Source: Eubacteriaceae bacterium ES2
GTDB taxonomy: Bacteria > Bacillota > Clostridia > Eubacteriales > Eubacteriaceae
Reading direction: 5' to 3'
Assembly: GCA_031222025.1 (NCBI GenBank)
Contig: CP130740.1
Location: 1,385,666-1,409,665, forward strand
DNA length: 24,000 bases
Below, piece after piece: positions 8,196-17,259 of this stretch (positions are counted from its first letter, which is position 1; each line of letters begins with the position of its first letter). The position numbers and the translations under genes are program-made. The notes under the pieces were generated by a model. The model was not told the DNA's origin and ran no database searches. It worked only from the letters and a program-made list of their open reading frames with translations.

Positions 8196-10172
8196 ATGAA
8201 AAAGAAAATTTTAGGACTAGTTGTTTTATTAGGTTGTATATTTTTATTAAGTTCCTGTAGTTTTACACAAACAAATTCAAATAGTCAATATGAACAAACT
8301 ATTGAAACTGCAAGAACGGCGGTTTGGCGATCCATTACCTCCGGCAATGTTTCCAGTGCCGGTGTTGCAATCATGAAGGACGGTCAGCTGGTTTACAGCG
8401 AAGGTTTTGGTATGGCTAACCGACTTTCATCACAGGCAGTTGATGGTCAGACGCAGTTTAATATTGGATCAGTGAGCAAAGTATTTACAACAGTTGCAGT
8501 GCTGCAGCTGGCTGAAGAAGGAGTCATTAATCTGGATGAGCCAGTTGTAACTTATCTTAGTGATTTTACAATGCTGGATGAGAGATACCAGATGATTACT
8601 GTTAAAATGCTTTTAAATCATACGTCAGGATTACCAGGCACATATATTCGTAATGGTTTTGCAACGGCTGAGGACCCGGAATTTTTATCACAATTTATGG
8701 ATTATCTGTCCCAGAGTACCCTTAAAAGTGATCCCGGTAGTATCAGCGTCTACTGCAATGACGGATTTACATTGGCGCAAGTTCTGATCGAACGAGTAAC
8801 TGGTCAGACCTATGCCGATTATTTGCAGGAGCATATTTTCGATGTGGCTCAAATGGATAATTCATCTTGCTCTTTTATGCCAGATAATCAAAACATTGCC
8901 CTAAATTATAAGGAAGATGGTTTGGCTAACCCGGTTGAAATTGTTAATTTAATGGGGACGGGTGGATTGTCATCGACTGCTGCAGATCTATGTAAATTTG
9001 GTCAGGCGCTTTTAAATAATGATCTGATAAATGAAGATTCGTTTCATCTGATGTCACAAGCTCAGTATGGCGAAAATACAGTGCCGGAAGGTATACCAAT
9101 TACAGATTATGGTTTGGGTTGGGATATGGTAGCGGTTTCTGATTTTGTCAATCAGGGTATTACAGTACACAGTAAAAATGGAGCGACATTTCAGTATTCT
9201 TCGCAATTTTATCTGATACCAGAACAAAGTCTTGTTCTGGCTGTTACTTATTCGGGAAATAAAGACGTTACCGCGGTGACAAATGAAATTACTGAAGCAA
9301 TTTTAGAAGAAACAGGTGCGATAAGTGCTCAAGCTGATGCTATAATCAGTGCCGCAACATCGTTTCCAGCAGAAATTTTGCAGTATTCAGGTATTTATGG
9401 TGGCGCCGGAACAATCTGGAGGATTCGTTTTGATCTGACGAATAATACCATGATTATTGATGATTATATTGAAGGCGAATTCGTTGAATCTCAGGAAATG
9501 GCTTACTTTGACGATGGTTATTTTCACAACGCTTCGGGTATGAGATATAGTTTTTCAAAAAGTGTAGATAAAAATCTGATTATAATGACTGTCCCGGATG
9601 TCGAAAGTCATCTGGTGGTTGGCGAAAGCCTTTTACCAGGAACGATTACTGATACTGGAAACTTTAATGATACCTGGTGGGTGCCGATAAATCTTAGCAG
9701 CTCTGATTTAAATGCAGAGGCCACTTATACAGATTCCTTTGACGAAATTCCTGGTTTGATAACCATTGATCAGGCTACTGCCTATGCTTTAACTGATAAT
9801 ATGACCAGCAGGATGATTCTTGAATATGCCAGAGATCTGGCAGATTTTAAAATAAGTCTTAAAGATGGTGTGGCGAGACTGACTTGCTTTGGCGTTCAAT
9901 ACAAAAATGCTTCGGCAATTGAAGTTTTGGCAAATTCTCAGGATTTTTTGATTGAAGCTGACGGGGGAAATGTACTAAGACGGACAAGTAACGATATGAA
10001 CCTTCAAATTTCAATGCCCGACAATGGACGAGTTGTAATTTATGCACCGGATTATTCAATCTTTTATGACAGTCTATTTGGAACTCAAGAATCAATTGAT
10101 GTGGAAGCTGGTTCGGTTCTGCTGCTCTCTGGCAACGCTGGGGATGCTTTTAGCGTAACGGTTCTTAATTAA
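8196..10172 (+). CDS. Lipoprotein, beta-lactamase-family serine hydrolase with ~280-aa C-terminal extension
   Basis: Signal peptide with lipobox LLSSC. SxxK motif SVSKVFT and YxN motif YCNDGF are present. RBS aaggag (8185-8190) favours the ATG at 8196 over the GTG at 8190. I do not recognise the C-terminal region from about 9320 onward. Confidence 0.85.
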   Translation: MKKKILGLVVLLGCIFLLSSCSFTQTNSNSQYEQTIETARTAVWRSITSGNVSSAGVAIMKDGQLVYSEGFGMANRLSSQAVDGQTQFNIGSVSKVFTTVAVLQLAEEGVINLDEPVVTYLSDFTMLDERYQMITVKMLLNHTSGLPGTYIRNGFATAEDPEFLSQFMDYLSQSTLKSDPGSISVYCNDGFTLAQVLIERVTGQTYADYLQEHIFDVAQMDNSSCSFMPDNQNIALNYKEDGLANPVEIVNLMGTGGLSSTAADLCKFGQALLNNDLINEDSFHLMSQAQYGENTVPEGIPITDYGLGWDMVAVSDFVNQGITVHSKNGATFQYSSQFYLIPEQSLVLAVTYSGNKDVTAVTNEITEAILEETGAISAQADAIISAATSFPAEILQYSGIYGGAGTIWRIRFDLTNNTMIIDDYIEGEFVESQEMAYFDDGYFHNASGMRYSFSKSVDKNLIIMTVPDVESHLVVGESLLPGTITDTGNFNDTWWVPINLSSSDLNAEATYTDSFDEIPGLITIDQATAYALTDNMTSRMILEYARDLADFKISLKDGVARLTCFGVQYKNASAIEVLANSQDFLIEADGGNVLRRTSNDMNLQISMPDNGRVVIYAPDYSIFYDSLFGTQESIDVEAGSVLLLSGNAGDAFSVTVLN

Positions 10173-10337
10173 GTATGCTGCAGCGATTTTTACAATTTAT
10201 CCTTTCACGAAAAAAAAACAAAAATATTAAGCAAGTAGACTGAAATTCAGCAGTATTTTAAATAATCGCGGATAATAATTTGTAAGAAATTGAGTTGAGA
10301 AGTGAAGAAGTAACTACAAATAAGGTGAAAACATTAA

Positions 10338-12851
10338 ATGAGTGAGACGATTAATAAAAGAATGATAAATCAGATGCCGATTGCCTATGCCTATCATCAT
10401 GTTCTTTTGAATGATAAAGGCGTACCGATTGATTATGAATTTCTTGAAGTGAACACTGCTTTTGAAAAATTCACAGGACTTAAGGCAAAGAATATTATTG
10501 GACGAAAAGCAACTGAAGTGATCGATGACATCGAAAATGATGATTTCGATTGGATTAGTGAATATGGAAAAATTGCCCTTGAAGGAGGCTTATATGAGAT
10601 TGAACAGTATTCAGGTGCATTTGACAAATGGTATCAAATTCAGGTTGTTTCCGATGAACGATTTTATTTTGCCACTTATTTTACAGACATCACTGAGTTT
10701 CACAGTCAGGTAAATGATTATAAAGTTTTATTAAATTCGCTTAACGATGCAGTTTTTGAGGTGAATGATCAACTGGTATTTGAAAAAGTCTTTGCGCCTG
10801 ACGAATCAATTTTGCTTTTTCCTAAAGAGTTGATTATTGGGAAAAGGATCAGTGATTTATTTGATGGCACCCTGCTGGAGGATTTTCTTGAGGTCTTTCA
10901 AAAGGCAAAAAAGACAAATGAAATGCAAAGCTATGAATATTCCCTTTTGATTGATAATCAAAAAAAATGGTATCAAATGAACGTACGAGCTCTTAAAATA
11001 AATCAATTGGAGAAATTTGTTATCAGCCTGATAGATATCACTGATAAAATACAAGCATTAGAGGAATTGACGCAAAAAACTAATGAATTGGAGCGGTTTT
11101 TTTCTATTAATTTGGATTTGCTCTGCATTGCCAATACCAAGGGTGAGTTTTTAAAAGTCAATAAAGCCTGGGAGGAAACTTTGGGCTATACTGCTGATGA
11201 ATTGGAAGGACGATCTTATTTCGATTTTGTTCATCCTGATGATTTAGAAGAGACGATTAAGGCGACAAATTTACTCGAAGATCAGAATATAATTGATAAC
11301 TTTGTTAACCGCTTTAGAATTTTCAATGGATCTTACAAGTACATAGAGTGGAAAAGCCGGGCGTATGAAGATGTTATCTATGCGGCGGCCAGAGATATAA
11401 CGGAAAAGAGCGAGATGGAAGAGCAACTGTTTCTGGAAAAGGAAAAATATCAATCGACCCTTTTTTCGATTGGCGATGGCGTTATTGCGGTTAATAATCT
11501 GCAGAAAATCACTTTAATGAACAAAGTGGCAGAAGAATTAACGGGCTGGAAACAGGATGATGCAATTCACCGACCTTTTAAAGAGGTTGTTCAATTGATT
11601 CACGAAAAGAATCGCACACCTGTTGATGATCCTGTCGAAAAAGTGCTGAAAACCGGAGCAACGGCAAAGATGGAAAATCATACAGTCCTAATCAGAAAAG
11701 ACCGGACTGAAATTGCCATTGAAGACAGTGCGGCACCAATTCATGACAGCAATCGAAATATTCGGGGAGCTGTGCTTGTTTTTCATGATGTTACCCAAAA
11801 GCGTAAATCTCAGAGTGAAATTCTTTATTTAAGCTATCATGATTTTTTGACGGGCTTATATAATCGGCGTTATTTTGAGGAAGAGGCAGAGCGTTTAGAT
11901 CATGCTGGCAATTTGCCTCTTTCAGTTCTAATGTTGGATGTTAATGGTCTTAAACTGACTAATGACGCTTTTGGTCATAGAACAGGTGATGCACTGCTTA
12001 AAAAAGTAGCGGAAATAATTAAGAAAAATGCTCGTATGGGTGACCTGATCGCTAGATTAGGTGGCGATGAATTTGCTGTGCTGTTACCAAAAACGAATAA
12101 GAAAGAAGCGATGATGATCGGCCAAAGAATTCTAAAATACACCGAATTAAATACAGTTGGTTCGGTTATTATTTCAGTAGCTATTGGACAAGCGACCAGA
12201 GTTGCAATGAATCAGAGTTTTGAAGAAACTGTCAAAATCGCAGAAAATATGATGTATAAAAACAAGGTTCAATCAAGTCGACTAATGAGAGATCAAACGA
12301 TTATTCTAATTCAGGAAACTTTAAATAAAAAAAGTGACATGGAACGAATTCACTCGCAGCGCGTGGGGAGAATTGCTAAATATTTAGGGGAAGCAATGAA
12401 TTTAACGATCGAACAAGTAAAAATGTTAGAGACTATCGGTTTACTTCATGATCTGGGTAAAATTATCGTACCAGAGGAGATATTAAAAAAAGAAGGAAAA
12501 CTCAGTGAAAAGGAATATAGTATCATGAAAAACCATGCGGAGACAGGTTATCAGATCTTAAAATCTGTTGAGGAGTATGTTCCGATAGCCGAAATAGTTT
12601 TGTCCCATCATGAATGGTGGGATGGAACAGGATATCCGAGAAACTTAAGCGGTCTCGATATTCCTTTCTTTTCGAGAATTATCCAGGTGGCAGATGCATA
12701 TGAGGCAATGACAGCTGACAGACCCTATCAGAAAGCCTTTAATAAGGACGAAGCTATCAAAGAACTTAAGGCTCTTTCAGGTATTCAGTTTGATCCTAAG
12801 ATTGTTGATATTTTGGTTGAAAAGGTATTGATAAAATCATTTGATGAATAA
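10338..12851 (+). CDS. Cytoplasmic multi-PAS GGDEF + HD-GYP bifunctional c-di-GMP protein
   Basis: Three PAS-like modules are followed by a GGDEF domain (HDFLTGLYNRRYF, LDVNGLKLTNDAFGH, RLGGDEFAVLL at 12060-12074). RMGD stands five residues upstream, which is an I-site. The HD-GYP domain follows (HDLGKI at 12447..., HHEWWDGTGYP with GYP at 12630-12638). Confidence 0.9.
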   Translation: MSETINKRMINQMPIAYAYHHVLLNDKGVPIDYEFLEVNTAFEKFTGLKAKNIIGRKATEVIDDIENDDFDWISEYGKIALEGGLYEIEQYSGAFDKWYQIQVVSDERFYFATYFTDITEFHSQVNDYKVLLNSLNDAVFEVNDQLVFEKVFAPDESILLFPKELIIGKRISDLFDGTLLEDFLEVFQKAKKTNEMQSYEYSLLIDNQKKWYQMNVRALKINQLEKFVISLIDITDKIQALEELTQKTNELERFFSINLDLLCIANTKGEFLKVNKAWEETLGYTADELEGRSYFDFVHPDDLEETIKATNLLEDQNIIDNFVNRFRIFNGSYKYIEWKSRAYEDVIYAAARDITEKSEMEEQLFLEKEKYQSTLFSIGDGVIAVNNLQKITLMNKVAEELTGWKQDDAIHRPFKEVVQLIHEKNRTPVDDPVEKVLKTGATAKMENHTVLIRKDRTEIAIEDSAAPIHDSNRNIRGAVLVFHDVTQKRKSQSEILYLSYHDFLTGLYNRRYFEEEAERLDHAGNLPLSVLMLDVNGLKLTNDAFGHRTGDALLKKVAEIIKKNARMGDLIARLGGDEFAVLLPKTNKKEAMMIGQRILKYTELNTVGSVIISVAIGQATRVAMNQSFEETVKIAENMMYKNKVQSSRLMRDQTIILIQETLNKKSDMERIHSQRVGRIAKYLGEAMNLTIEQVKMLETIGLLHDLGKIIVPEEILKKEGKLSEKEYSIMKNHAETGYQILKSVEEYVPIAEIVLSHHEWWDGTGYPRNLSGLDIPFFSRIIQVADAYEAMTADRPYQKAFNKDEAIKELKALSGIQFDPKIVDILVEKVLIKSFDE

Positions 12852-12871
12852 AAAATTGAGAAGGATAAAAG

Positions 12872-13429
12872 ATGAAAATTATTTGCTTCGGAGATAGTTT
12901 GACTTTTGGTCATGGTCTGGCATCAAAAGACAAATGGCACGCCATTGTCGCAAGAAAAACCGGTCTTGAAATGTTTAATCGCGGTGTAAGTGGAAACACA
13001 ACATCTGAAATGCTGGTGCGTTTTAATCGTCAAGTTCTTTTGATGAAACCGGATGCTGTGATTATTATGGGTGGGTATAATGATATTTTTTTTGAAGGAA
13101 GTTATCAATCAGCGCAAAAGAACATTGAACTCATGATTGATAAGGGAGAAAAAAAAGGAATCAAGGTGATTGTTGCGGTACCGCCACCGATTAAACCGCC
13201 AATTCCGTTTTTTGAAACGATTGATCAGGAAAATTTCAATGTAAGTATAGTAAATGATTACCTGGACTGGTTAAAAATGTTTGTAAAAAAACGGAATCTT
13301 CAATCAATTGACTTTACTTTTGGAATAGATTGGATGAGACAGGATCTTTATATCGATGGGGTACACCCAAATGTGATGGGAAATGAATTGATGGCTCAGA
13401 AAGTAATAGCGTTTTTTTCAAAAATATAA
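12872..13429 (+). CDS. SGNH/GDSL-family hydrolase (lipase/esterase-like)
   Basis: Block I FGDSLTFG, block II GVSGNT, block III GGYND and block V DGVHPN are all present. It starts 20 nt after the upstream stop and is probably co-transcribed with 10338-12851. Confidence 0.85.
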   Translation: MKIICFGDSLTFGHGLASKDKWHAIVARKTGLEMFNRGVSGNTTSEMLVRFNRQVLLMKPDAVIIMGGYNDIFFEGSYQSAQKNIELMIDKGEKKGIKVIVAVPPPIKPPIPFFETIDQENFNVSIVNDYLDWLKMFVKKRNLQSIDFTFGIDWMRQDLYIDGVHPNVMGNELMAQKVIAFFSKI

Positions 13430-13438
13430 AATTACAAG

Positions 13439-13465
13439 GTTGTGGGTGGAGTCCGCAACTTTTTT
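13439..13465 (+). terminator. Rho-independent terminator after the SGNH hydrolase gene
   Basis: gttgtgg (13439-13445) pairs with ccgcaac (13453-13459), including one G-U pair. The loop is gtggagt and tttttt follows (13460-13465). Confidence 0.6.
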
Positions 13466-13536
13466 AATGGCAGTAACTGGGAGTATTATGGAAAATGATA
13501 TTAAAGTGATGAAAATATTTCGAGAGGAGAAACAAC

Positions 13537-14865
13537 TTGAACGAAAAGCCGTTAATAGGTTTACTGATTTTACAATTAATATTTATTTTGTTAAATGCGG
13601 TTTTTGCCGGAGCTGAAATTGCCGTCATTACTTTTAATGACAAGAAACTAAAAAAACTGGCTATTGGCGGTGATAAAAGAGCCATTAGGCTTCTAAGATT
13701 GATTGAAGAACCGGCCGGCTTTCTGGCCACTATTCAGGTAGGAATCACACTTGTAAATTTATTAAGCAGTGCGGTTGCCACAGATAACTTTTCGAACCGT
13801 TTGCAGGAATGGTTTTTAAGGATGGGTTTAAATATATCTGAACCAGTACTAAATGCATTATCAATGGTTGTGATCACCATACTGTTAACCTATTTTACAG
13901 TTTTGCTTGGAGAACTGGTTCCTAAACGTTTGGCGATGAAGAAAGCTGAATCGGTAGCCTTGGCTATGTCAGGATTGATTTATGTTGTTGCAAAAATTTT
14001 CAAACCGGCAGTTTGGCTTTTTACTGTTTCTACGGATGGTTTATTAAGATTACTGAGAATTGATATTAATAATGAAGAAGAGGAAAATGTTGAAGAAGAA
14101 ATTCGGATGATCTTAGATGCTGGAAAACAAAAAGGGATCATTGAACCAGATGAAGAAAGAATGATACAGCGGGTATTCGAATTCGATGATATTAAGATTG
14201 AGGAAATAATGACCCATCGTACTCAAATTATAATTTTATGGATGGATGAATCAGATGAAAAATGGGAGCAAAAGATCCTCGGGTCACGACATACCAATTT
14301 TCCAATATGTCAAGAATCTCATGATCAGGTCGAGGGGGTTCTTTTTACCAAAGATTATTTTAGAATGAAAGAGCGAAACAGAGAAAATGTTTTAATGAAA
14401 GCGGTCAAACCGGCAGTATTTGTACCTGAGACTATTCATGCAGATGTGGTATTCAGAAATATGCAGAAAAGTCGTAATCACTTTGCCATTGCAGTGGATG
14501 AGTATGGTGGCATGAGTGGCGTCATTACAATGAATGATCTGCTGGAACAATTAGTGGGCAGCCTTGATGACAGGCGTGTTTTTTCTGATGAATTGCCAAT
14601 GATTCAAAAAATTGACGAAAATACCTGGCGAATCCATGGGGCTTGTGATCTTGACGAAGTGGCGAATCAGCTGGCAATTACTTTTTCTGATGAACATTTC
14701 AATACCTTTGGCGGTTGGGTTTTTAATAGATTGGGTATTATTCCTGAAGATGGTAGTACTCCGGAAATTCAATATAACGGTTTTAACATTATGGTGACAA
14801 AATTGAAAGAACATCGACTCATCAGTGCAGTTGTTAACAGGATAGAAAATGAGCGACAGAAATAG
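13537..14865 (+). CDS. CNNM/HlyC-CorC family protein (DUF21 TM domain + CBS pair + CorC_HlyC)
   Basis: The N-terminus LLILQLIFILLNAVFAGAEIAVIT is typical of DUF21. CBS-region blocks (IMTHRTQII, HFAIAVDEYGGMSGVITMNDLLEQLVG) and a CorC C-terminal domain follow. TTG start with RBS gaggag (13524-13529) 7 nt upstream. Confidence 0.9.
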   Translation: MNEKPLIGLLILQLIFILLNAVFAGAEIAVITFNDKKLKKLAIGGDKRAIRLLRLIEEPAGFLATIQVGITLVNLLSSAVATDNFSNRLQEWFLRMGLNISEPVLNALSMVVITILLTYFTVLLGELVPKRLAMKKAESVALAMSGLIYVVAKIFKPAVWLFTVSTDGLLRLLRIDINNEEEENVEEEIRMILDAGKQKGIIEPDEERMIQRVFEFDDIKIEEIMTHRTQIIILWMDESDEKWEQKILGSRHTNFPICQESHDQVEGVLFTKDYFRMKERNRENVLMKAVKPAVFVPETIHADVVFRNMQKSRNHFAIAVDEYGGMSGVITMNDLLEQLVGSLDDRRVFSDELPMIQKIDENTWRIHGACDLDEVANQLAITFSDEHFNTFGGWVFNRLGIIPEDGSTPEIQYNGFNIMVTKLKEHRLISAVVNRIENERQK

Positions 14866-15034
14866 ATGCTTAGATGTTGCTCACAACTAAGTCATATGTA
14901 ACAGAAAAAAATATAAAAATGAATATCCATTGTAATTAAGGGGATATTATTAAGAAATGAATTAATATAGTCTATTTTTAGTTCAAATGTAAATGTTGTA
15001 TTTCTGCGAATTTAATTTAAAAGGAGAAGAAACG

Positions 15035-15829
15035 ATGCCTCTGGAAGATGATAAGTTAAAAGCTCAGTTATTGGAACAAATACCTGTACCGGTCATGGCC
15101 GTTGATTGCAATCTGAAGATTATTTATATTAATGAAGCTGGTAAAAAAATGCTCAATAAGGGGCATGAGCAATTAATTGGATGCTCTTGTCATGAAATTG
15201 TTAATTCGGAACAGTGCGGGACACCAGAGTGTAATATGTTAAAGGTTCAAAAAACTGGTAAACAAATAACAGCTCGAAGCTTGATTATGGTTAATCATAT
15301 AAAAACACCAATTGAATATACAAGTGTACCATTTAAAAATGAAAAGGGTGAAATTATTGGAGGCCTGGAGTTTTTTATGGACATTACTGAACGTGTTAAT
15401 TATGAAAATCGTTTAAAAGAACAAAGTCACACAATTCGAGAGATGTCAACACCGACCATAAAATTGTGGGATGGTGTAATGGTTTTACCGGTTGTAGGTG
15501 TTATCGATTCAATGCGTGCCCAGCATATGATGGACAGTATACTCAATAAAATTGCCGAAACATATACGAAGGTTATTATTCTTGATATTCATGGAGTTGC
15601 TGCTGTGGACACGGCGGTGGCAAATCATTTAATAAAAATCACTAAGGCAACGAAACTGATGGGGTGCGAGTGCATTCTGTCAGGCATTTCACCTGCAGTA
15701 GCGCAAACAATTATTCAATTGGGAATAGATATGGGAACCATCCAAACAAAGGCAACCTTGAGCGATGCACTTAGTGAAGCGTTTATTATGCTTGATCTGG
15801 AAGTGTGTGCAATAAAGGATGGAAGATGA
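15035..15829 (+). CDS. rsbR: RsbR-like stressosome sensor protein (N-terminal PAS with 4-Cys motif + C-terminal STAS)
   Basis: The STAS block STPTIKLWDGVMVLPVVGVIDSMRAQ...VAAVDTAVANHLIK...LSGISPAVAQTIIQLGID closely resembles B. subtilis RsbRA. The N-terminus is PAS-like. RBS aaaggaga lies upstream of the ATG at 15035, so the ORF-track start at 14993 is rejected. Confidence 0.85.
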   Translation: MPLEDDKLKAQLLEQIPVPVMAVDCNLKIIYINEAGKKMLNKGHEQLIGCSCHEIVNSEQCGTPECNMLKVQKTGKQITARSLIMVNHIKTPIEYTSVPFKNEKGEIIGGLEFFMDITERVNYENRLKEQSHTIREMSTPTIKLWDGVMVLPVVGVIDSMRAQHMMDSILNKIAETYTKVIILDIHGVAAVDTAVANHLIKITKATKLMGCECILSGISPAVAQTIIQLGIDMGTIQTKATLSDALSEAFIMLDLEVCAIKDGR

Positions 15830-16221
15830 AAGAAAGATACTTTTATAACCACCGTTTACATAAACGTTTAACAGAAGATCTGTCAGATTTTGTACTTGAA
15901 GAAATTAAAAAACAAATATTCGAAAAAGTGAATGGAGAGAATATAAAAGAATTGATATTTGATTTTGAAGATGTGAATGTCATGGACTCCTTTACATATA
16001 ATAGTTTAGATCGCATAACAAGTGAACTCAAATTAATGGGTGTTGAAGTGGTATGGGTTGGACTAAAGCCGTGCTTAATAGCAGGACTAATAGAATTGGA
16101 GGTTGAAATCAATCCATTGATTCATGTTGAGAAAAATTTAAATATGGGCAACCTTTATTTAGATCAAATTGGAAATGAGAGAAATAAGCATGCCAGATCC
16201 CAAAGAGGAAAATCCTCGTGA
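15826..16221 (+). CDS. rsbS: RsbS-like single-domain STAS protein (stressosome scaffold/antagonist)
   Basis: ...FEDVNVMDSFTYNSLDRITSELKLMGVEVVWVGLKPCLIAGLIELEVE parallels RsbS (..VDMIDSF...[22 protein letters not shown]). The ATG at 15826 overlaps the upstream stop (ATGA). Confidence 0.8.
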   Translation: MKERYFYNHRLHKRLTEDLSDFVLEEIKKQIFEKVNGENIKELIFDFEDVNVMDSFTYNSLDRITSELKLMGVEVVWVGLKPCLIAGLIELEVEINPLIHVEKNLNMGNLYLDQIGNERNKHARSQRGKSS

Positions 16222-16651
16222 ACAATCGAATTATGAAATACTAGAGACGCGTAAACATATTCTTGAATGGAATTACGATCATGAGAATGTTGTTTACAGT
16301 GTCATTGAAATGGCTCGAAAAACCGGTTTCAATCAACAGCAAAGTGTGATGATTTCGACTGCGGCTTCGGAGTTATCAACGAATATATTAAGATATGCCA
16401 ATTCCGGTAAAATACAGATCAGTATCATTAGAGATAGTCATATACAACGTATGGGAATTAAAATAGTAGCGACAGACAGGGGACCGGGAATCAGTGATCT
16501 AAAAAAGGTAATGGAGGAAAATTACAGTACTTTTCCCGGAAGCCTTGGGTTAGGATTGCCCAGTGTTAAACACATAATGGATCAGTTTTGGATTGAATCA
16601 GAGCTAGGTGCTGGGACACGTGTAGAAATATTAAAATGGTTGGAAAAATGA
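16190..16651 (+). CDS. rsbT: RsbT-like GHKL serine protein kinase (anti-sigma regulatory factor family)
   Basis: AASELSTNILRYA (N-box region), ATDRGPGISDLKKVMEENYST and GLGLGLPSVKHIMD align with RsbT by eye. The start is ambiguous (TTG 16169, ATG 16175, ATG 16190). All three overlap the rsbS-like 3' end. Confidence 0.85.
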   Translation: MPDPKEENPREQSNYEILETRKHILEWNYDHENVVYSVIEMARKTGFNQQQSVMISTAASELSTNILRYANSGKIQISIIRDSHIQRMGIKIVATDRGPGISDLKKVMEENYSTFPGSLGLGLPSVKHIMDQFWIESELGAGTRVEILKWLEK

Positions 16652-17238
16652 CAATTGTGAACTATGCATCAGGGCTATGGCCGTTAATGGGAAGTATTGA
16701 AGAATGTGGTGATTATCCTTTGATAATTGAGTGTCAGCAAGGCGTGTTTGTAGCCATGATTGACGTGCTAGGTCATGGATTTGAAGCACGAAAAATAGCG
16801 GTTATGGCTTCGGAATACCTATTGAATCATTTGCAAAATGATTTGTTGGATCTTTTACATGGTTTGCATGATTATATTCAGGGGGAAAGAGGACTGGTCA
16901 TTCTGCTTGGATGGTGTAATCCGACTGAACAAACTTTTATATACTCGGGAATCGGTAATATTGTCGGCAGAATTTTTGGCTTTCACGATAAACGTCTGAT
17001 TCTGAGGGATGGGATTATTGGGAGTGGCATGATTCATCCGGTCATAAAGGAGTGCTCTTTTACAACTAGAGATTTAATGCTCATACATACTGATGGAATA
17101 AAGGAACATTTCAATCAATTTGAATATCCTGAGCTTTTGGCAAAAGATCCTCAAGCTGTAGCAAGTGGGCTGATTGATCAACTCAGAAAAGAAACGGATG
17201 ACGCGGGATGCATTGTATTTCGCTATGAAGATTTTTGA
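16648..17238 (+). CDS. rsbX: RsbX-like PP2C-family serine phosphatase
   Basis: About 196 aa, against 199 aa for B. subtilis RsbX. It has matching blocks CGDYPLI / VAMIDVLGHG / IHTDGI / DDAGCIVFRY. The ATG at 16648 overlaps the rsbT-like stop (ATGA). Confidence 0.8.
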   Translation: MTIVNYASGLWPLMGSIEECGDYPLIIECQQGVFVAMIDVLGHGFEARKIAVMASEYLLNHLQNDLLDLLHGLHDYIQGERGLVILLGWCNPTEQTFIYSGIGNIVGRIFGFHDKRLILRDGIIGSGMIHPVIKECSFTTRDLMLIHTDGIKEHFNQFEYPELLAKDPQAVASGLIDQLRKETDDAGCIVFRYEDF

Positions 17239-17259
17239 TGTTTTATGGGGAGTGTTAGG

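Noticed and set aside
12932-12950. Sigma-54-like TGGCACG string inside the SGNH hydrolase gene
   Set aside because: The -12 element reads TGTC instead of TTGC at the required spacing, the site is intragenic, and no enhancer-binding protein gene is nearby.
14866-15034. Search for a SigB-type (GTTT-N12-15-GGGTAT) or clear sigma-A promoter, and for a terminator, between the CNNM gene and the rsbR-like gene
   Set aside because: Only weak partial matches turned up (ttgtaa 14930-14935, tattat 14945-14950 with wrong spacing, GGGGAT without an upstream GTTT). There is no convincing hairpin plus U-tract. The promoter of the stressosome operon remains unassigned, and read-through from upstream is possible.
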